From: Octopus sinensis
Taxonomy: Eukaryota
Assembly: GCF_006345805.1 (NCBI RefSeq)
Contig: NC_043013.1
Location: 9,300,001-9,364,000 of the forward strand
Direction of reading: 5' to 3'
DNA length: 64,000 nt
Part shown: one piece after another, positions 11,672 through 26,300 of the stretch
Layout of the letters: every line of letters starts with the position of its first letter
Numbering within the stretch: the first letter of the stretch is position 1
Translations under genes and position numbers: made by a program
Notes under the pieces: generated by a model
The model's input: only the letters and a program-made list of their open reading frames with translations
What the model was told of the DNA's origin: nothing
The model's database searches: none

Positions 11672-13442
11672 ATCATCAGTGAATATTATTGTACTTATAT
11701 AAGGTGGTGAACTGGCAGAATCGTTAGCACATCTTTACGTTCTGAGTTCAAATTCCGCCGAGGTCGACTTTTTATCCTTTCGGGGTTTGAAAAAAGAAGT
11801 ACCAATGTAATTGACTTATCTCCTACCTCGAATTTGCTGGTTTTATGCCAAAATTTGAAACCAATATTATTGTAGTTATTTTGACAATATGGGAGAGAAC
11901 TCTTGATATGGTTTGTCCTTATATTTTCATCAGCAAAGCAGAAATTGCAGTGTATTTGCCAAAGTTGGGATGGGAGTATCACTAGCTTATTGTACATTGG
12001 TTGGTGTAGGATACTAGAATTGTTTAGGGAATAGTGCTGCATCGTGGGGCAAAACACTGAAGGTCATAATTATCAAATGAACTGAATTTAAATGCACATG
12101 TCCTCATATGAATTTCTATGGTCCATGGATGGCACATATTTCTTCAGCTTCCATTGTATAAAAGAAATGACAATCAAATATACCTTGGGCAGCAAAACAT
12201 TTGCAGTTCTCTTTATATTATCTGAAAACCAGAATATAATAAGATAATCAAAATCAAAATCATTCCGATGACTGGCATCCGTGCTAGCAGGGTGCAAAGA
12301 GCACCATACGAGTATGATCGTTAGCAGCATCGCCTTACTGCCACTTATGCCTGTGCTAGTAGGGTGCCAAGAAACCATCCGAGCGTGATCGTTGCCAGAG
12401 CAACCAACTGGCTTCCGTTCCCGTGGTGCATAAAAGGGCACCATTCAAGCGTGATCGTTACCAACGTCACTTCACTGGCACCTGTGCTTGTAGCACATGT
12501 AAAAAGATTCGAGCGAGGTCATTGCCAGTACCGCCTGACTGGACCCCGTGCAGGTGGCACGTAAAAAGCACCCACTACACACTTGGAGTGGTTGGCAGTA
12601 GTAAAGGGCATCCAGCTGTAGAAACTCTGCCAGATCAAGACTGGAGCCTGGTGCAGCCATCTGGTTTGCCAGCCCTCAGTCAAAATCGTCCAACTCATGC
12701 TAGCATGGAAAACGGACGTTAAATGATGATGATTTGATTAAATGTTGATAATAGTCAACAGTAAGCATCTTTTGGAAGGATTTGTTAGTAATTTAATTGA
12801 CATTTTTGTATATCCACATAATAGGTGTAAATGTGGCTGAGTGGTAAGAAGTTTGTTTCCCAACCTCACAGTTCCAGGTTCAGTCCCACCTTGGGCAAGT
12901 GTTCTTTGGGCCAACCAAAGCCTTGTGAGTGGATTTGGTTGATGGAAACTGTAAGGAGTCCATTGTGTATGTGTGTGTGTGTGTGTATATGTGTGTGTGT
13001 ATATATGTATCTCTGTTTGTCCCCCACCACTGCTTGACAACTAGTGTTGGTGTGTATATGTCCCCATAACTTAGCAGTTCAGCAAATAGGACCAACTGGA
13101 TAAATACCAAGCTTAAAAAAAAACTTCTGGAGTCAATTGATTTGACTAAAAATTCCTCAAGGCAGTGCCCCAGCATGGCCACAATCAAATGACTGAAATA
13201 TGTAGAAGATAAAAGACCTCTAATAAAATTGAGTTGTAGTGAACTGGCAGACCTCTCAGGGAATTAGGCGAAAGATGAGGGATTAGAGAAAGAAATAGTA
13301 TATGTAACTCATTTATAGATGTTATGATAATTTCTAAATTCTATGTGTATATATATATATATATTTGTATATTTATATCTGTGTGTATATATATATATAT
13401 ATTTGTATATGTATAATAAACGTATTTATGTATATGTATACA

Positions 13443-13485
<43 letters not shown>

Positions 13486-13651
13486 TTTGACTGCGGCCAT
13501 GCTGGAGCACCGCCTTTAGTTGAGCAAATCGACCCCAGGACTTATTCTTTGTAAGCCCAGTACTTATTCTATCGGTCTCTTTTGCCGAACCGCTAAGTGA
13601 CGGGGACGTAAACACACCAGCATCGGTTGTCAAGCAATGCTAGGGGGACAA

Positions 13652-13682
<31 letters not shown>

Positions 13683-14084
13683 CGACAGGCTTCTTTCAGT
13701 TTCCGTCTACCAAATCCACTCACAAGGCATTGATCGGCCCGGGGCTATTGCAGAAGACACTTGCCCAAGATGCCACGCAGTGGGACTGAACCCGGAGCCA
13801 TGTGGTTGGTTAGCAAGCTACTTACCACACAGCCACTCCTGCGCCTATATATATATAAAAAGTATATAGAATATATATAAAGGATAAAATTCTTTTTCTT
13901 TTTAAATTTGGTGGCAAATTTGTATGTCTCTCTATATATATATATGTGTGTGTGTATGTATATATTTATATGTATATATACACAATATGTATGTCTATAT
14001 ATATGTATATATATGTGTGTGTATCATCATCATCATCATCGTTTAACGTCCGCTTTCCATGCTAGCATGGGTTGTATATATATG

Positions 14085-14169
<85 letters not shown>

Positions 14170-14427
14170 GTATATATATATATGTATGTGTGTGTGTATA
14201 TATATATATATATGGCACTAAAGTTTAAGATAGTTGCCCAAAGTGTTACACAGTGGGTCTGAACCCAAAATTCTATGTTTGCTAAATCGGCTTTTTTACC
14301 TCATATGCATGTCTGTACCTACGTCTTAAGAAACAAAAGACAAATAGGATATATCTGAAGAAAGGAATAAGAATTATGAGAGAGTTATAGCTGGAATGCT
14401 TCTGGTCATAAATCTATTCCTTCTGGA

Positions 14428-14770
14428 CTAAAGGCGCATGGCTTAGTGGGTATAGCATCGGACTCACAATCTTGAGGCACTGAGTTCGATCCTTGAGCTG
14501 GGTTGTGCATTGTGTTCTTGAGCAAGACACTTTATTTCATGTTGCTCCAGTTCACTCAGCTGTTGAATTAAGTTGCGACATCACTGGTGCCAAATTGTAT
14601 CAGCCTTTGGCTTTCTGTTGGACAAAATTAGTGCTGAGGAGAGAGGAGACTGGTGTGCATGGGTGACTGCTGGTCTTCCATAGACAGCCTTGCCCAGACT
14701 TGTGCCTTGGAGGGTAACTTTCTAGGTGCAATTCCATGGTCATTCATCGCTGAAGGGGATCCTTACCCTT
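14428..14770 (+). mobile_element. tRNA-head SINE family C
   Basis: A-box-like GGCTTAGTGG and B-box GAGTTCGATCC; copies at ~5180-5500 (-), ~52700-52990 (+) and a head at ~35650. Confidence 0.78.
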
Positions 14771-15705
14771 TACCCTAACCTGGTATTAAACAGTCTTAAG
14801 CTATGCAATATACTTGGTCAACAGCTTGAAGATCCAAGAAAAACCCATTTCAATTTTGTTTGAAGCTCTTCCTTCTCCCTTACTAATTTTATTCCAGGTT
14901 CATATAAGAAACCAATATATATATATATATATATATATACATACGCACACATACCATATGACATAATTTAATATATATATATATATACATACATGATGGC
15001 TGCCCCCTCATTATCGAGTATGGCCATTGCACGAAGCTTAGCTGTTATTGGAGCTGTGATCGAATGTGGCTTTTTAGCCCAGCTAAAGATCTACAATGTC
15101 TTGTACAAAATTGGCAACTAAAACCTTTACTGGTAATAGCCGGCTGTAGTTGTAACTGGGCTTCATGTACCTTTGCATATCGTTTAAATCCATATGACAT
15201 AATTTAATTTGAAAATGGTTCAGTGAGTTTAAGTTCCCCCCAAAAAAATGTTGAATATCAACAATAATTATTTTATTGTTACAATTGAAAATACACTCAC
15301 TAAGAAGCATTCATTTATGGAAATAATGTGATGTTAAAGCATTCAAGTAGTTTAGGTTGAAAATCCATGACTGAATCAAGGGTTGGCAATAGTTATCTCC
15401 CATTGAAAGCATAAGCATGGAGCTTCAACTTCAAACGAATTCGTTATTTACTAATCGAATTTGTGTGTGTGATGTAGGCTCATTTTAAAAGAATTTACAT
15501 GTAAAATTTGTCTCATTCTAATAAATGCTTCTATTGGAATTATTTAAAAACGGTTTTTCATGACAACAATAACCACCTCCGCCTTGGCTTATTTTCATTT
15601 ACTTAGTTAATTTCTTTTAATAATTGGCCATATTTGCTTCCTTATTAAATGCATTAAAACCTTATATAATGTTTCCGTGTCTTCTGTTTCTTGTTTTCTT
15701 TCCAG

Positions 15706-15839
15706 TTAATACTCGCGAGTGTACTAAATGCTTTATACGATGCTGTGAACCAGATGTTACGAAAGAATGTCGAACGGAGGGCTCTCTTAGAAAACCTCGA
15801 TGCTGTCTTCTTAGCGATTGATGAAATATGTGATGATGG
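15706..15839 (+). CDS. COPZ1: Coatomer subunit zeta exon ([45 protein letters not shown]-)
   Basis: TTTCCAG acceptor and GG|GTATGT donor, 134 nt, phase 0 to 2; conserved [14 protein letters not shown] and DEI-D-G motifs. Confidence 0.97.
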
Positions 15840-15972
15840 GTATGTATAAATGGCAATATACTAATAAGAGAAAAAACCCCATTAGGATTCTTATTCTTTT
15901 TCAGGGGGCTTCGTGAATATGAAGATATGAGTCTCGTCCATTAATAATTGAAGTACCTGCTATAAAATTTTC

Positions 15973-16382
15973 GGATCTTTTCGGTTTGAACGGCAGTTTT
16001 TTAAAATAATTTCCACGTAACCAAACACTTTTAAACTTCGCAAACTGGTAGAATGTGTTTATAAAACATCTTTTTCTCTTGGCTTTATTGAGAAAAGTCT
16101 ATAATTTGTAAGATATTTGTTGTCTTTTTTCTTCAATTTCTGCAATTTCAACCAGTCAATGACGTCTATTGAGGTGAAAACATTCTGTGCCGTATGAATA
16201 TGTCCCTCGTTTAAGAAACAGATTGGATTTATTTACATTTCTGAAGAAAAAAAGATACCCTTCCCCCCACCCCAACCCTAAAACAGATTGAAATGCAATA
16301 GATCGATACTAGGGTCATAATTATGGGTGACAATTTCATATGACACTGCTAGAAAAAACTGCCGGTCAAACCAAAAGGATCC
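15973..16382. mobile_element. 410-bp MITE with GGATC termini and 8-bp TSD (AAATTTTC)
   Basis: ~29-bp TIRs GGATCTTTTCGGTTTGAACGGCAGTTTTT / AAAAACTGCCGGTCAAACCAAAAGGATCC; TSD at 15965-15972 and 16383-16390. Confidence 0.88.
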
Positions 16383-17494
16383 AAATTTTCTAACAAAACG
16401 GCCACCTTTTCTTGCTTGCATGGGTTTAACGGAATTTGTTGGGGTAGATTTTCTATGGCCAGATACCCTTCTTGTCATCAACCGTCACCCGTTTCCAAGT
16501 AAAGTAATATTTCCTTATGGCCAGACATAAAACAAAATGGTTTGTATGATAGTGATGCTTATTTACACAACCATCGGATGATGCCAAGATAAGAGTACAC
16601 ACAACATGCTCAAACCACACACTCACGCATACATACATGCATGGGTAGGATGGTTGACAGGAGCTGGCCAGGTAGACGACTACCCCAGGCTACGGGATGA
16701 CCTTCCTAATGCCAACCACCCAGCAGAGTGGACTCAGTGCTCTTTATGTGACACTTATTCTTTTAGTTGCTTCAGTCATTTGACCGCAGCCAACTGGAGC
16801 ACCTCTTTGAAGGGTTTGAGTTGAACAAATCGACCCCAGGGACTGTTTTTTTAAAACTTAGTACTTAATTTATCAGGCTCTTTTGCCCAACTGCTAAGTT
16901 ACGGGGATGTAAACACCCCTCTCTCTCTTTTGGAGAGGCACAAGCACCTACACAAACATATACACACACGGCAGTAACTTCCGCCTACCGAATTCAATCA
17001 CAAAGCTTCAGTCAGTTCGGGGCTATAGCAGAAGACACCTACCCAGAGTGCCATGCAGTGGGACTGAACCCGAAACCATGTAGTTAGGAAGCAAGCTCCC
17101 TAACCACACAGCCATGCCCACACCTAATACCAATTATCAAGTGGTGATGGTTGGAGGGACAGACACAAAGACACACACATCATAAACGATGATGATGATG
17201 ATAGACAGACAGATATAAATATTATTATCATTTTAACATCCACTTTTCTTTTCTTGCATGGGTTAGACAGAATGGGTTGAAGCAGATTTTTCTTTGCCCA
17301 GACGTCCCCACCCCTCGCTTGGTTCAAAACATGTTATTACTTCCTTATGACTGGATATATTTCCATGGTAGATGAGAAACAAATTCTCTCCAGACCATCA
17401 CAGGATAGCCACCGTATTTCATTGTTGGCTACAATCTTTTCACGTCGAATTCTTGATCACAGAATCTCCAGACCCATAATTGACTACTGACAGA

Positions 17495-17748
17495 AAATAC
17501 AGCATATCTGCGACGATTTCATCTCAATCGAAGGAGAGGGGCTTTCTCCGTCTGGGTTGTGGATCCGTGGAATAAGCTGCCAGACAAGATGGTGAAGATG
17601 CCGACGACCGCTCGGTTCAAAGTCTCCCTTGACCTCAAGTGGCCTGAACTCTTTACATGAACACCACCCTGTACATAACTCCATGTCCCCCTACATGGCC
17701 TTGCTTTTTGCTTTTTGAGCCAAAAAATTAACCAACTAACTAACTAAC
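17495..17748 (+). mobile_element. CR1-type LINE 3' end, second family
   Basis: RFHLNRRRGAFSVWVVDPWNKLPDKMV...FKVSLD followed by an (AACT)n tail. Confidence 0.75.
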
Positions 17749-17750
17749 AT

Positions 17751-18050
17751 GAGAGAATATGACAGGGTCCCAAAATGCTACTGACCTCTCCACCATCTCA
17801 CTAGCCCAATCTTTTCTCCACTTGATATTGGCTTCCTTATGCTGCTCTGCCATAGTAGCCAAGTTTGTGGAGATACTTAACAGCTATTCTGGGACTGACA
17901 TCAACTTTTTCTGCTCTGTCAGAGGCCTTGTAGTGAGGATTATCCTCCACACTTCACTTAACAAAGTGAAGAGTCCTGTCAGAGGACCCTGGTCGACCTA
18001 GGTAAGATGTGTACACCTTCCCTTCTGGTGAAATGCACAATCATTCTGTT
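17751..18050 (-). mobile_element. Tc1 transposase fragment (HTH region to first catalytic motif)
   Basis: GRPGSSDRTLHFVK*SVEDNP...LHKLGYYGRAA / ANIKWRKDWASEMVERSVAFWDPVIFS. Confidence 0.75.
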
Positions 18051-18370
18051 AACTGTAGAAAGTAAGATCCCAAGGTTTTCTGCGATTTTATGCTATGTTC
18101 ACCTTCAGATTGACCCTCAATACGGCTTTTTTAAAATTCAGACAGTTCCAAGGTTTCTTTTGTATGTGACATGATTAAATAGTCACGTATAGAACCTGAA
18201 ACATAAAAATGTCAATTAATAAAAAATATAAACCTTTTCAAGTTAAACAATGTTTTATGGGGTGTCTATTTATTTCTGTCATGTCTGTGCGCGTGCACAC
18301 ACACACACACACACCTATACCAAGTTATGTAAAATGAATGTAGGTGAATATACATATTTGTAATGCATGC

Positions 18371-18402
<32 letters not shown>

Positions 18403-18610
18403 CTGTAAAAAGTATGTATATCTATGTATCAGTATATCCGTCTGTCTCTCTCGTGTGTGTGTGTGTGTATCTTTACACACACATACCCACTACGTTCATA
18501 TTGTGTGCAGCTGCTACTTCTTTCTGTCATATAGAAATTTTTTTTTATTATTCTTTACCTTATCTGTTGGGTACTTTTTCTCTCATTTGTATACAAAAAC
18601 TGTATGTATG

Positions 18611-18894
18611 TATATATATATAAAAGTGAAGTTTTGTGTCTGTCTCCTACGATTTAGATTCCTAACTACTCCCACATTTTGCAGTGTAACCAAAAGCAGG
18701 TATCTTATAGTCGTGATTCATATCGAGCCCTTCTGGGTATTAGCGAGCGTCTACGATTTAAAAAAGAATTTACCATCATTTTTTCCCATTTTTAATGCAT
18801 TTTCTTTGCTATTATATAAGGGAAGTAACTCTCTAAAAATGCTTATGTAGTTATTTCCCTTACAAAACCGAGCAACGCCGGGCGATACTACTAG
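18611..18894 (+). mobile_element. Non-autonomous Helitron, family 2
   Basis: Matches 48448-48846; ends ACCGAGCAACGCCGGGCGATACTACTAG|T. Confidence 0.75.
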
Positions 18895-19311
18895 TATTTA
18901 TATATAGGCGCAGGAGTGGCTGTGTGGTAAGTAGCTTGCTAACCAGCCACATGGTTCTGGGTTCAGTCCCACTGCGTGGCATCTTGGGCAAGTGTCTTCT
19001 GCTATAGTCCCAGGCTGACCAATGCCTTGTGAGTGGATATGGTAGACGGAAACTGAAAGAAGCCTGTCGTATATATGTATATATATGCATATGCCTGTGT
19101 GTGTTTGTGTGTCTGTGTTTGTCCCCCTAGCATTGCTTGACAACCAATGCTGGTGTGTTTATGTCCCCGTCACTTAGCAGTTCGGCAAAAGAGACCGATA
19201 GAATAAGTACTGGGCTTACAAAGAATAAGTCCTGAGGTCGATTTGCTCGACTAAAGGTGGTGCTCCAGCATGGCCGCAGTCAAATGACTGAAACAAGTAA
19301 AAGAGTAAGAG

Positions 19312-19357
<46 letters not shown>

Positions 19358-19361
<4 letters not shown>

Positions 19362-19749
19362 CAGTATTGCCTGGCGTTGCTCAGGTTTGTTTCAACCCTT
19401 TAGAATTGGAACTTTTGAAAAGTAAAAATTTTGCATTATATTGCTTGTTATTCTCTTTAAGTGAACATTTTTCTGGTTGAAATACACCGAAAAATGGCGA
19501 CACAGTAGTAAAAAAATCGTAAAAAATAGGGATTTTCATAGACAAAAAGCACTTTTTTGATGTAAATAACTTTTGGTGTTAACATGGTCCGATTTGAATT
19601 TTTTCTTCTACGGAAGGAAGAGCAAGCCTTCTTCTATCATTCTCTCAATTTTGGTCAACTTGCGCCACAGGGTCTCGGAGGAGATAGTGTTAGTTGAAGG
19701 CTACCAAACCTGCAACACACAGACAACTTCAGCTTTATACAGAGAGAGA
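19358..19749 (-). mobile_element. Non-autonomous Helitron, family 1
   Basis: Reverse complement of 2609-3000 with a CTAA end. Confidence 0.78.
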
Positions 19750-20153
19750 TATATGTATGTTTGTATATATATAGTCAACAGATGAGATTCAGAGATTCTT
19801 GGTATAGAAAACACTTAGTAGTGCTCATATGATTCTTTGATTTCTGTTTGTTTACGTATATATATATATATATATAGAGTATATCAGACCCAAGCTGTTA
19901 TATTTAATTTGTTTATCCTCATAATTGCCTCTCTCCCTCTAATACATACATATATATACACACATACACATATATATAATACACACAGATAGGCGCAGGA
20001 GTGGCTTTGTGGTAAGTAGCTTGCTTACTAACCACATGGGTCCAAGTTTAGTCCCACTGCGTGGCACTCGGGCAAGTGTCCTCTACTGTAACCTCAGGCC
20101 GACCAAAGCCTTGTGAGTGGATGTGGTAGATGGAAACTGAAAGAAGCTCATTT

Positions 20154-20189
<36 letters not shown>

Positions 20190-21410
20190 ATATATATATA
20201 CACATCTATGTGTGTGTGTATATGTTTGTGTGTCTGTTTGTCCCCCCAGCATTGCTTGACAACCAATGCTGGTGTATTTATGTCCCCCGTAACTTAGCAG
20301 TTTGGCAAACAAGACTGATAAGAGAAGTACTAGGCTTAAAAAGATTAAGTCCTGGGGTTGATTTGCTTGACTGAAGGCAGTGCTCCAGCATAGCCGCAGT
20401 CAAGTGACTAAAACATGTGAAAAAATAACAGAATATATATGCATGTATGTATAAAAGCATATAGGTATATATGTAATTTCATAATTTTAAGAAAATTTTT
20501 CAGGCATGATTATTACTTAAGATAGATATTTATGATGTTTTGTGAGTGTGTGTGTGTGTTGCTGTTGTATTTTGCTGATGTGTTGTTAGTGATCTCTATC
20601 TAATATCTGTTGTCATATGTAGCTCAATATCTTTGTGTTAATGTACCACACTAGCAATCACATGATCAGAAGTTCAAATCTTGGAGCTGTTAATGTTTTA
20701 TTTTTTTTTTTTATACTTTTGATTGAGGTATCTAACTATTTCTCTAGTGTGTCTCCACCTGACCAAACAATAGACAAGTTCTACTTTTACTTCACAGTTA
20801 GTTAATTAACCCAGTGTTAATTAATGGTATCAAGCCAGCTGTCAAAAACAGCCCCCCTCCCAAAATGTGTAATTGCCATCCATGCAACCACAGAAACAAA
20901 AATATATATAAAACAGTGTAAAACAGGCAGAGGTGTGGCTGTGTGGTTATGAAGTTTGCCTTCTGACCACAAGGTTTTGGGTTCAATCCCATTGTGTAGT
21001 ACCTTGGTAAATTGTCATCTACTGTAGCCTCAGTAGTGGGTGCATTTGGTAGATGGAAACTGATAGATGCTTATCAAATATAAATGTGTGTGAGTGTTGG
21101 TGCCACATAAGGAGCATCCAGCCCACACTGTAAAGTGGTCGGCCTTTGGAAGGGCATCGAGCTGTATAAACCTTGTCAAAACTGACCTTGTTTGTGCTGG
21201 TGCCATATGGAAAGCACTCAGTCCACTCTGCAGGGTGGTTGGTGTTAGGAAGGCCATCCAGCCATAAAAAAACCCCTGCCAAAACAGACACAGAAATCTG
21301 ATGCAGTTTTCTACCTGGCCAGCTCCTGTCAAATCATCCAACCCATGCCAGCATGGAAAGCAGATGTTAAATGATGATGATGAGTACGTGTGTGTGTGTG
21401 TATATATATA

Positions 21411-22596
21411 CAGGGTGCAATGGGTAAATTGTCGCCATTTTATATTTTTAATTTTGCACGTGTACATTGTTTGGTTTTGATTTTGTCGACTACACAGTAT
21501 AGTAGGGTCAGTTGGGTACCATGATGTAATTCACTCTGCCAGAAATTTGGAAACGATATGCTGTACTGCTTGGTATTCATGCTGGAAGCTAGAATATGGA
21601 CATACAGAACAGCTGTTGGCTTGCCATGTCCCCAAAACATGAGTCAACATCATGGTGTTTGGAGTGAACACTAGTGATGGTGATGTTATAATAATAATAA
21701 TAATAATAATTGTGTACATTGCTCAGGTGCACTACAACTCATCTAAAGTGTATATATAATCAGGTGTAGTTTCGGCGGATTTCGGAAAGCATGAGGGCCT
21801 TAAAAGATGCAGTGTCATGGCAGTCAACAACTGACGCAAGCAGTTTATTCCATGCTTCAGCAACTCTGAGCGTGAAAAAATGTTTCCGAAAGTCATGGGA
21901 GCTGTATTGTTTTCTGACTTTGTAGGCATGTCCACGTGTGTTAGACACATGGAGATCAAAAAGGTGTTCAGTGTTGTTGTTGGTGAGGTGGTTGATAACT
22001 TTGTGGGTGTTTACCAAGTCCGTCGCCAAACGCCGGAGCTTCAGTGAATCCATGCCCAGGGAAACAAGGCGCTCAGAATATGGTAGGTGTCTGATGGAGG
22101 GTATGCGTTTGGTTGCATGGAGGTCTACATCAAGTGCTACCCTGGGTCAAGAGGGTGGCTGCTGGAAGACCCTGCACCATGCTACACAAGCAGGAGAATC
22201 CAGTCATGGCTGTCAGACAATTTCTGAGACCACATCATCTTTAACATCTGGCCACCTAACTCTTCAGACTGGAACCCCCTTGATTATTATGTGAGGGGTG
22301 CAGTTGAGCAAGGGATCAACAAAACTCCTTGTAACACACCAAAGATGAACTGAAGGCAAGGACTATGGCAGCATTCACCAACTTAAACAAGGTGACCATC
22401 CAGAAGAGCTTTAGGAGATTCCAAAGTCGTCTGGAGGCTGTGGTTGAAGCCAATGGCGATTTTATTGCATAAATTAACTCTTTAGTATTTCAAGATATTT
22501 TTATGTAATTCTGGTAAATATAAATTATTAAAATGAGATGTTGGTGTTATTTTCATTTTTACGTTATTTAGACAACAGTATATTCACTGCACCCTG
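21411..22596 (+). mobile_element. Internally deleted maT/mariner-type DNA transposon
   Basis: TA-CAGGGTGCA...TGCACCCTG-TA termini; transposase remnants VNIMVFGV-TSDGDV and WPPNSSDWNPLDYY...RLEAVVEANG. Confidence 0.85.
21690..22119 (-). mobile_element. CR1-type LINE 3' end nested in a maT transposon
   Basis: TRGHAYKVRK...RKHFFTLRVAEAWNKL motif; overlaps the 43862 copy in RIPSIRHLPYSERL; simple-repeat tail at the low-coordinate end. Confidence 0.88.
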
Positions 22597-22608
22597 TATA
22601 TATATATA

Positions 22609-22989
22609 CTAGCAGTATCACCCGGCGTTGCTCAGGTTTGTAAGGGAAATAACTATAAAGCATTTTTAGAGAGTTATAGCCAAAAAATAGCAAAAAAATG
22701 GAAAAAAATGATGGTAAATTTTTTTTTTGTTAAAAAAGGTGGAGTTGCGTCCCCTAGACAGTTTGCGGTTTGTGTTTCTAATTCTCGAGCCCATGTCGAA
22801 TTTATCGATTTTTTCAGAACTGGGGGAACTTTACAAAATTTTCGCTGCGTTAGTTTTGAATTATGACATTGGGCTATGTGTGTGTCAAGTTTCATCAGAA
22901 TCGGTTGAAAGCCGTGGTCAGGGTGAGGGTACGAGAAAACAGACACACAGAAACACGCACAGACAAACTGCCGTTTATATATAGAGAGA
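22609..22989 (-). mobile_element. Non-autonomous Helitron, family 3
   Basis: Reverse complement of 48929-49311. Confidence 0.8.
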
Positions 22990-24207
22990 AGAGATACATG
23001 TGTGTGTGTGTATGTATATATTTCTGTCCCCTTGTTTTTACGTTACCTGAGAGTTGAGAGTGTCACTGACCTGCAGGCAGTGGCATTCGTTTCCAATATG
23101 CTGTAAGAAAATGTCAGAGGGCGGCGAGCTGGCAGAATCGTTAGCACGCCAGGCGAAATGCTTAGCAGTATTTCGTCTGCCGCTACGTTCTGAGTTCAAA
23201 TTCCGCCAAGGTCGACTTTGCCTTTCATCCTTTCGGGGTTGATTAAAGAAGTACCAGTTACGCATTGGGGTCGATATAATCGACTTAATCCGTTTGTCTG
23301 TCCTTGTTTGTCCCCACTGTGTTAAAGAAAAATGGAAAAATAATCCAGAATCCTTGTCCGGTACCAAATCGATCCCAAAATCTAATCAATTTGTGCCAGC
23401 CATGAGTCCAAACATCCCTTAGAGTTTCATCCAAATCCATCTAGCGGTTTTTGAGATATCTTCTCCACAGACAAACAAACAATAACAGAATATATATGCA
23501 TGTATGTATAAAATATATATGCATGTATGTATAAAATATATATGCATGTATGTACCCCTTGTGGGTAGTAAAGAAATAGGTACTTATCTTATCAGCCCTG
23601 AAGGATGAAAGACAAAGTCAACTTAAGCGGAATTTGAACTCAGAATCTAAAGACAGACAAAATGCCCCTAAGCATTTTATCCCGTCTAGCATGCTAACGA
23701 TTCCGCCAGCTCACCACCTTTCATGTGACAGAGTATATTAATATGTCTGTGTAAATTTACTCAGACTTACTTTGTACATTGCTTTCAGCTAAAGTCCTGA
23801 TTTTGAGTTCCTTTTAGGCTTGTGGTTCTTAATCAACTATGTGTAGAGGTTTGTCTCTGTTGTTTAATTACAGGTGAGCTCTCTTCGCACGGACCTATGA
23901 TCAAAGGCATTCCAGCCTATAACAATCCTATATTATTTTCAAACATAGACGCAGGAATAGCTGTGTTGCTAAGAAGCTCACTTTGTAGCTGTGTGGTTTT
24001 GGGTTCAGTAGAACCATGTGGTACCTTCTACTATAGCCCTTGGCTGACCAGTGCCTTGTAAATGAATCTGATAAATGGAAAGTACATGGAATCCATTCAT
24101 GTGTGTGTGTGTGTATGCATATATACATGCATGCATACACACACACATGAATGAATTCCATATATATATATATACATACACATATATATACATATATGTA
24201 AACATGC

Positions 24208-24242
<35 letters not shown>

Positions 24243-25154
24243 AATATATATATATATACATACATACATATACATACACCGACACATTAATATATACATA
24301 TATATATGTGCATATATATATATATATTATATATATATATACACACACACACACTCACACACATATATATACATACATACATATACATACACCGACACAT
24401 TAATATATTCATATATATATGTGCATATATATATATAATATATATATATATAATATATATATATATACATACATATACATACACCGACACATTAATATAT
24501 ACATATATATACACACACACACACTCACACACATATATATATACACACACTTACATGCATACATATACGCGTGTGTCTTTGTGCTTGTCCCCCACCACCA
24601 TCACTTGACAACTGGAGATGGTTTGTTTACATCCTTGTAACTTCAGCAGTTTAGAAAAAGAGACTGATAGGATAAGTACCAGATTAAGAATATGTACTAG
24701 GGTCGATTCATTCAACTAAACCCTTCAAGGCAGTGCTCCAGCTTGGCCACAGTCTAATGACGGAAACAAAAGATAAAGATATCTATAGCTACATTATGCA
24801 ATGAGGCCTTTCTTTTTGTTATGATGATATTATATAATATTACAGTTTTGGCTGCTATTTCTAGCAGGTCAGGCATCATGCACAAGCTTCTTCAGAGATA
24901 GCTTAGAGAAGAGCATAAATTGCTTATATTTTAAAATTTCGATTTTTGAGACTAGTTAATAGAAAATAAGGTAAGTTTGAGACTATATAAACCTGAGAAT
25001 TATAGCGGAGAAATTCTTGCTGGATCTAATGAACAGACTGATAGATATTCTGTTCTTACTACTAGAATCTCTGCTTCTGGTTACTTTAAGAGAAGCATAG
25101 ACAAAATTGGTTAAAAACCACACAGCGTTATACACTTCACACATCCAGTATATT

Positions 25155-25189
25155 TGATGTGTGTGTGTGTGTGTGTGTATGTATATATA

Positions 25190-25229
<40 letters not shown>

Positions 25230-25279
25230 CATATATATATATACATACATATATATATATATTATATATATATATATAC

Positions 25280-25315
<36 letters not shown>

Positions 25316-25349
25316 ATACATACATATATATATATACATATATATATAT

Positions 25350-25387
<38 letters not shown>

Positions 25388-25461
25388 CTATATATATATA
25401 TATACATATATATATTATAATATATATATATATATACATAATATATATACATATATAATAT

Positions 25462-25511
<50 letters not shown>

Positions 25512-25512
25512 C

Positions 25513-25578
<66 letters not shown>

Positions 25579-25600
25579 ATATTATATATATATATATCAT
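25155..25600. repeat. Long compound (TG)n/(TA)n microsatellite
   Basis: ~450 bp of interrupted TA; similar tracts at 24150-24560, 34420-34765 and 38530-38860. Confidence 0.95.
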
Positions 25601-25754
25601 CATCATCATCATCATTTAACGTCCGTTTTCCGCGCTAGCACGGGTTGGACGGTTCGACTGGGGTCTGGGAAGCCAGGGGCTGCACCAAGCTCCAGTCTGA
25701 TCTGGCAGTGTTTATACAGCTGGATGCCCTTCCTAACGCCAACCACTCCGCGAA

Positions 25755-25796
<42 letters not shown>

Positions 25797-26227
25797 TATA
25801 CGTATGTATGCATATTCTTTTTTTCTTACTTGTTACAGTCTTTTGATTGCGGCCAAGCTGGAGCACCACCTTGAAGGGTTTTAGTTGAACAAATTAAACC
25901 CAGGAATTGTTATTTTAAGCTTAGTACCTATTCTGTCAGACTCTTTTGCCAAACAGCTAAGTTACAGGGACATAAACACACCAACACAAGTTGTGATGGG
26001 GTGACAAACATAGACTCAAAGACACATACACACATAGATATATACATTTATATGTGTGTGTGTGTAACAGGCTTCTTTCAGTTTCTGTCTACCAAATCCA
26101 CCCACAAGGTCTAGGTTGGCCTGAAGCTATAGTAGAAGACACTTGCCCAAGGTGCCACACAGTGGGACTGAACCTGGAACTATGTGTTTGGGAAGCAAGC
26201 TTCTTACGACACAGCCACGCCTGCACT

Positions 26228-26300
<73 letters not shown>

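Noticed and set aside
24005-25615. Many YI/HT/CV-rich ORFs (also at 13900-14260, 34490-34840, 38450-38990, 54365-54826)
   Set aside because: They are translations of stop-free microsatellites.
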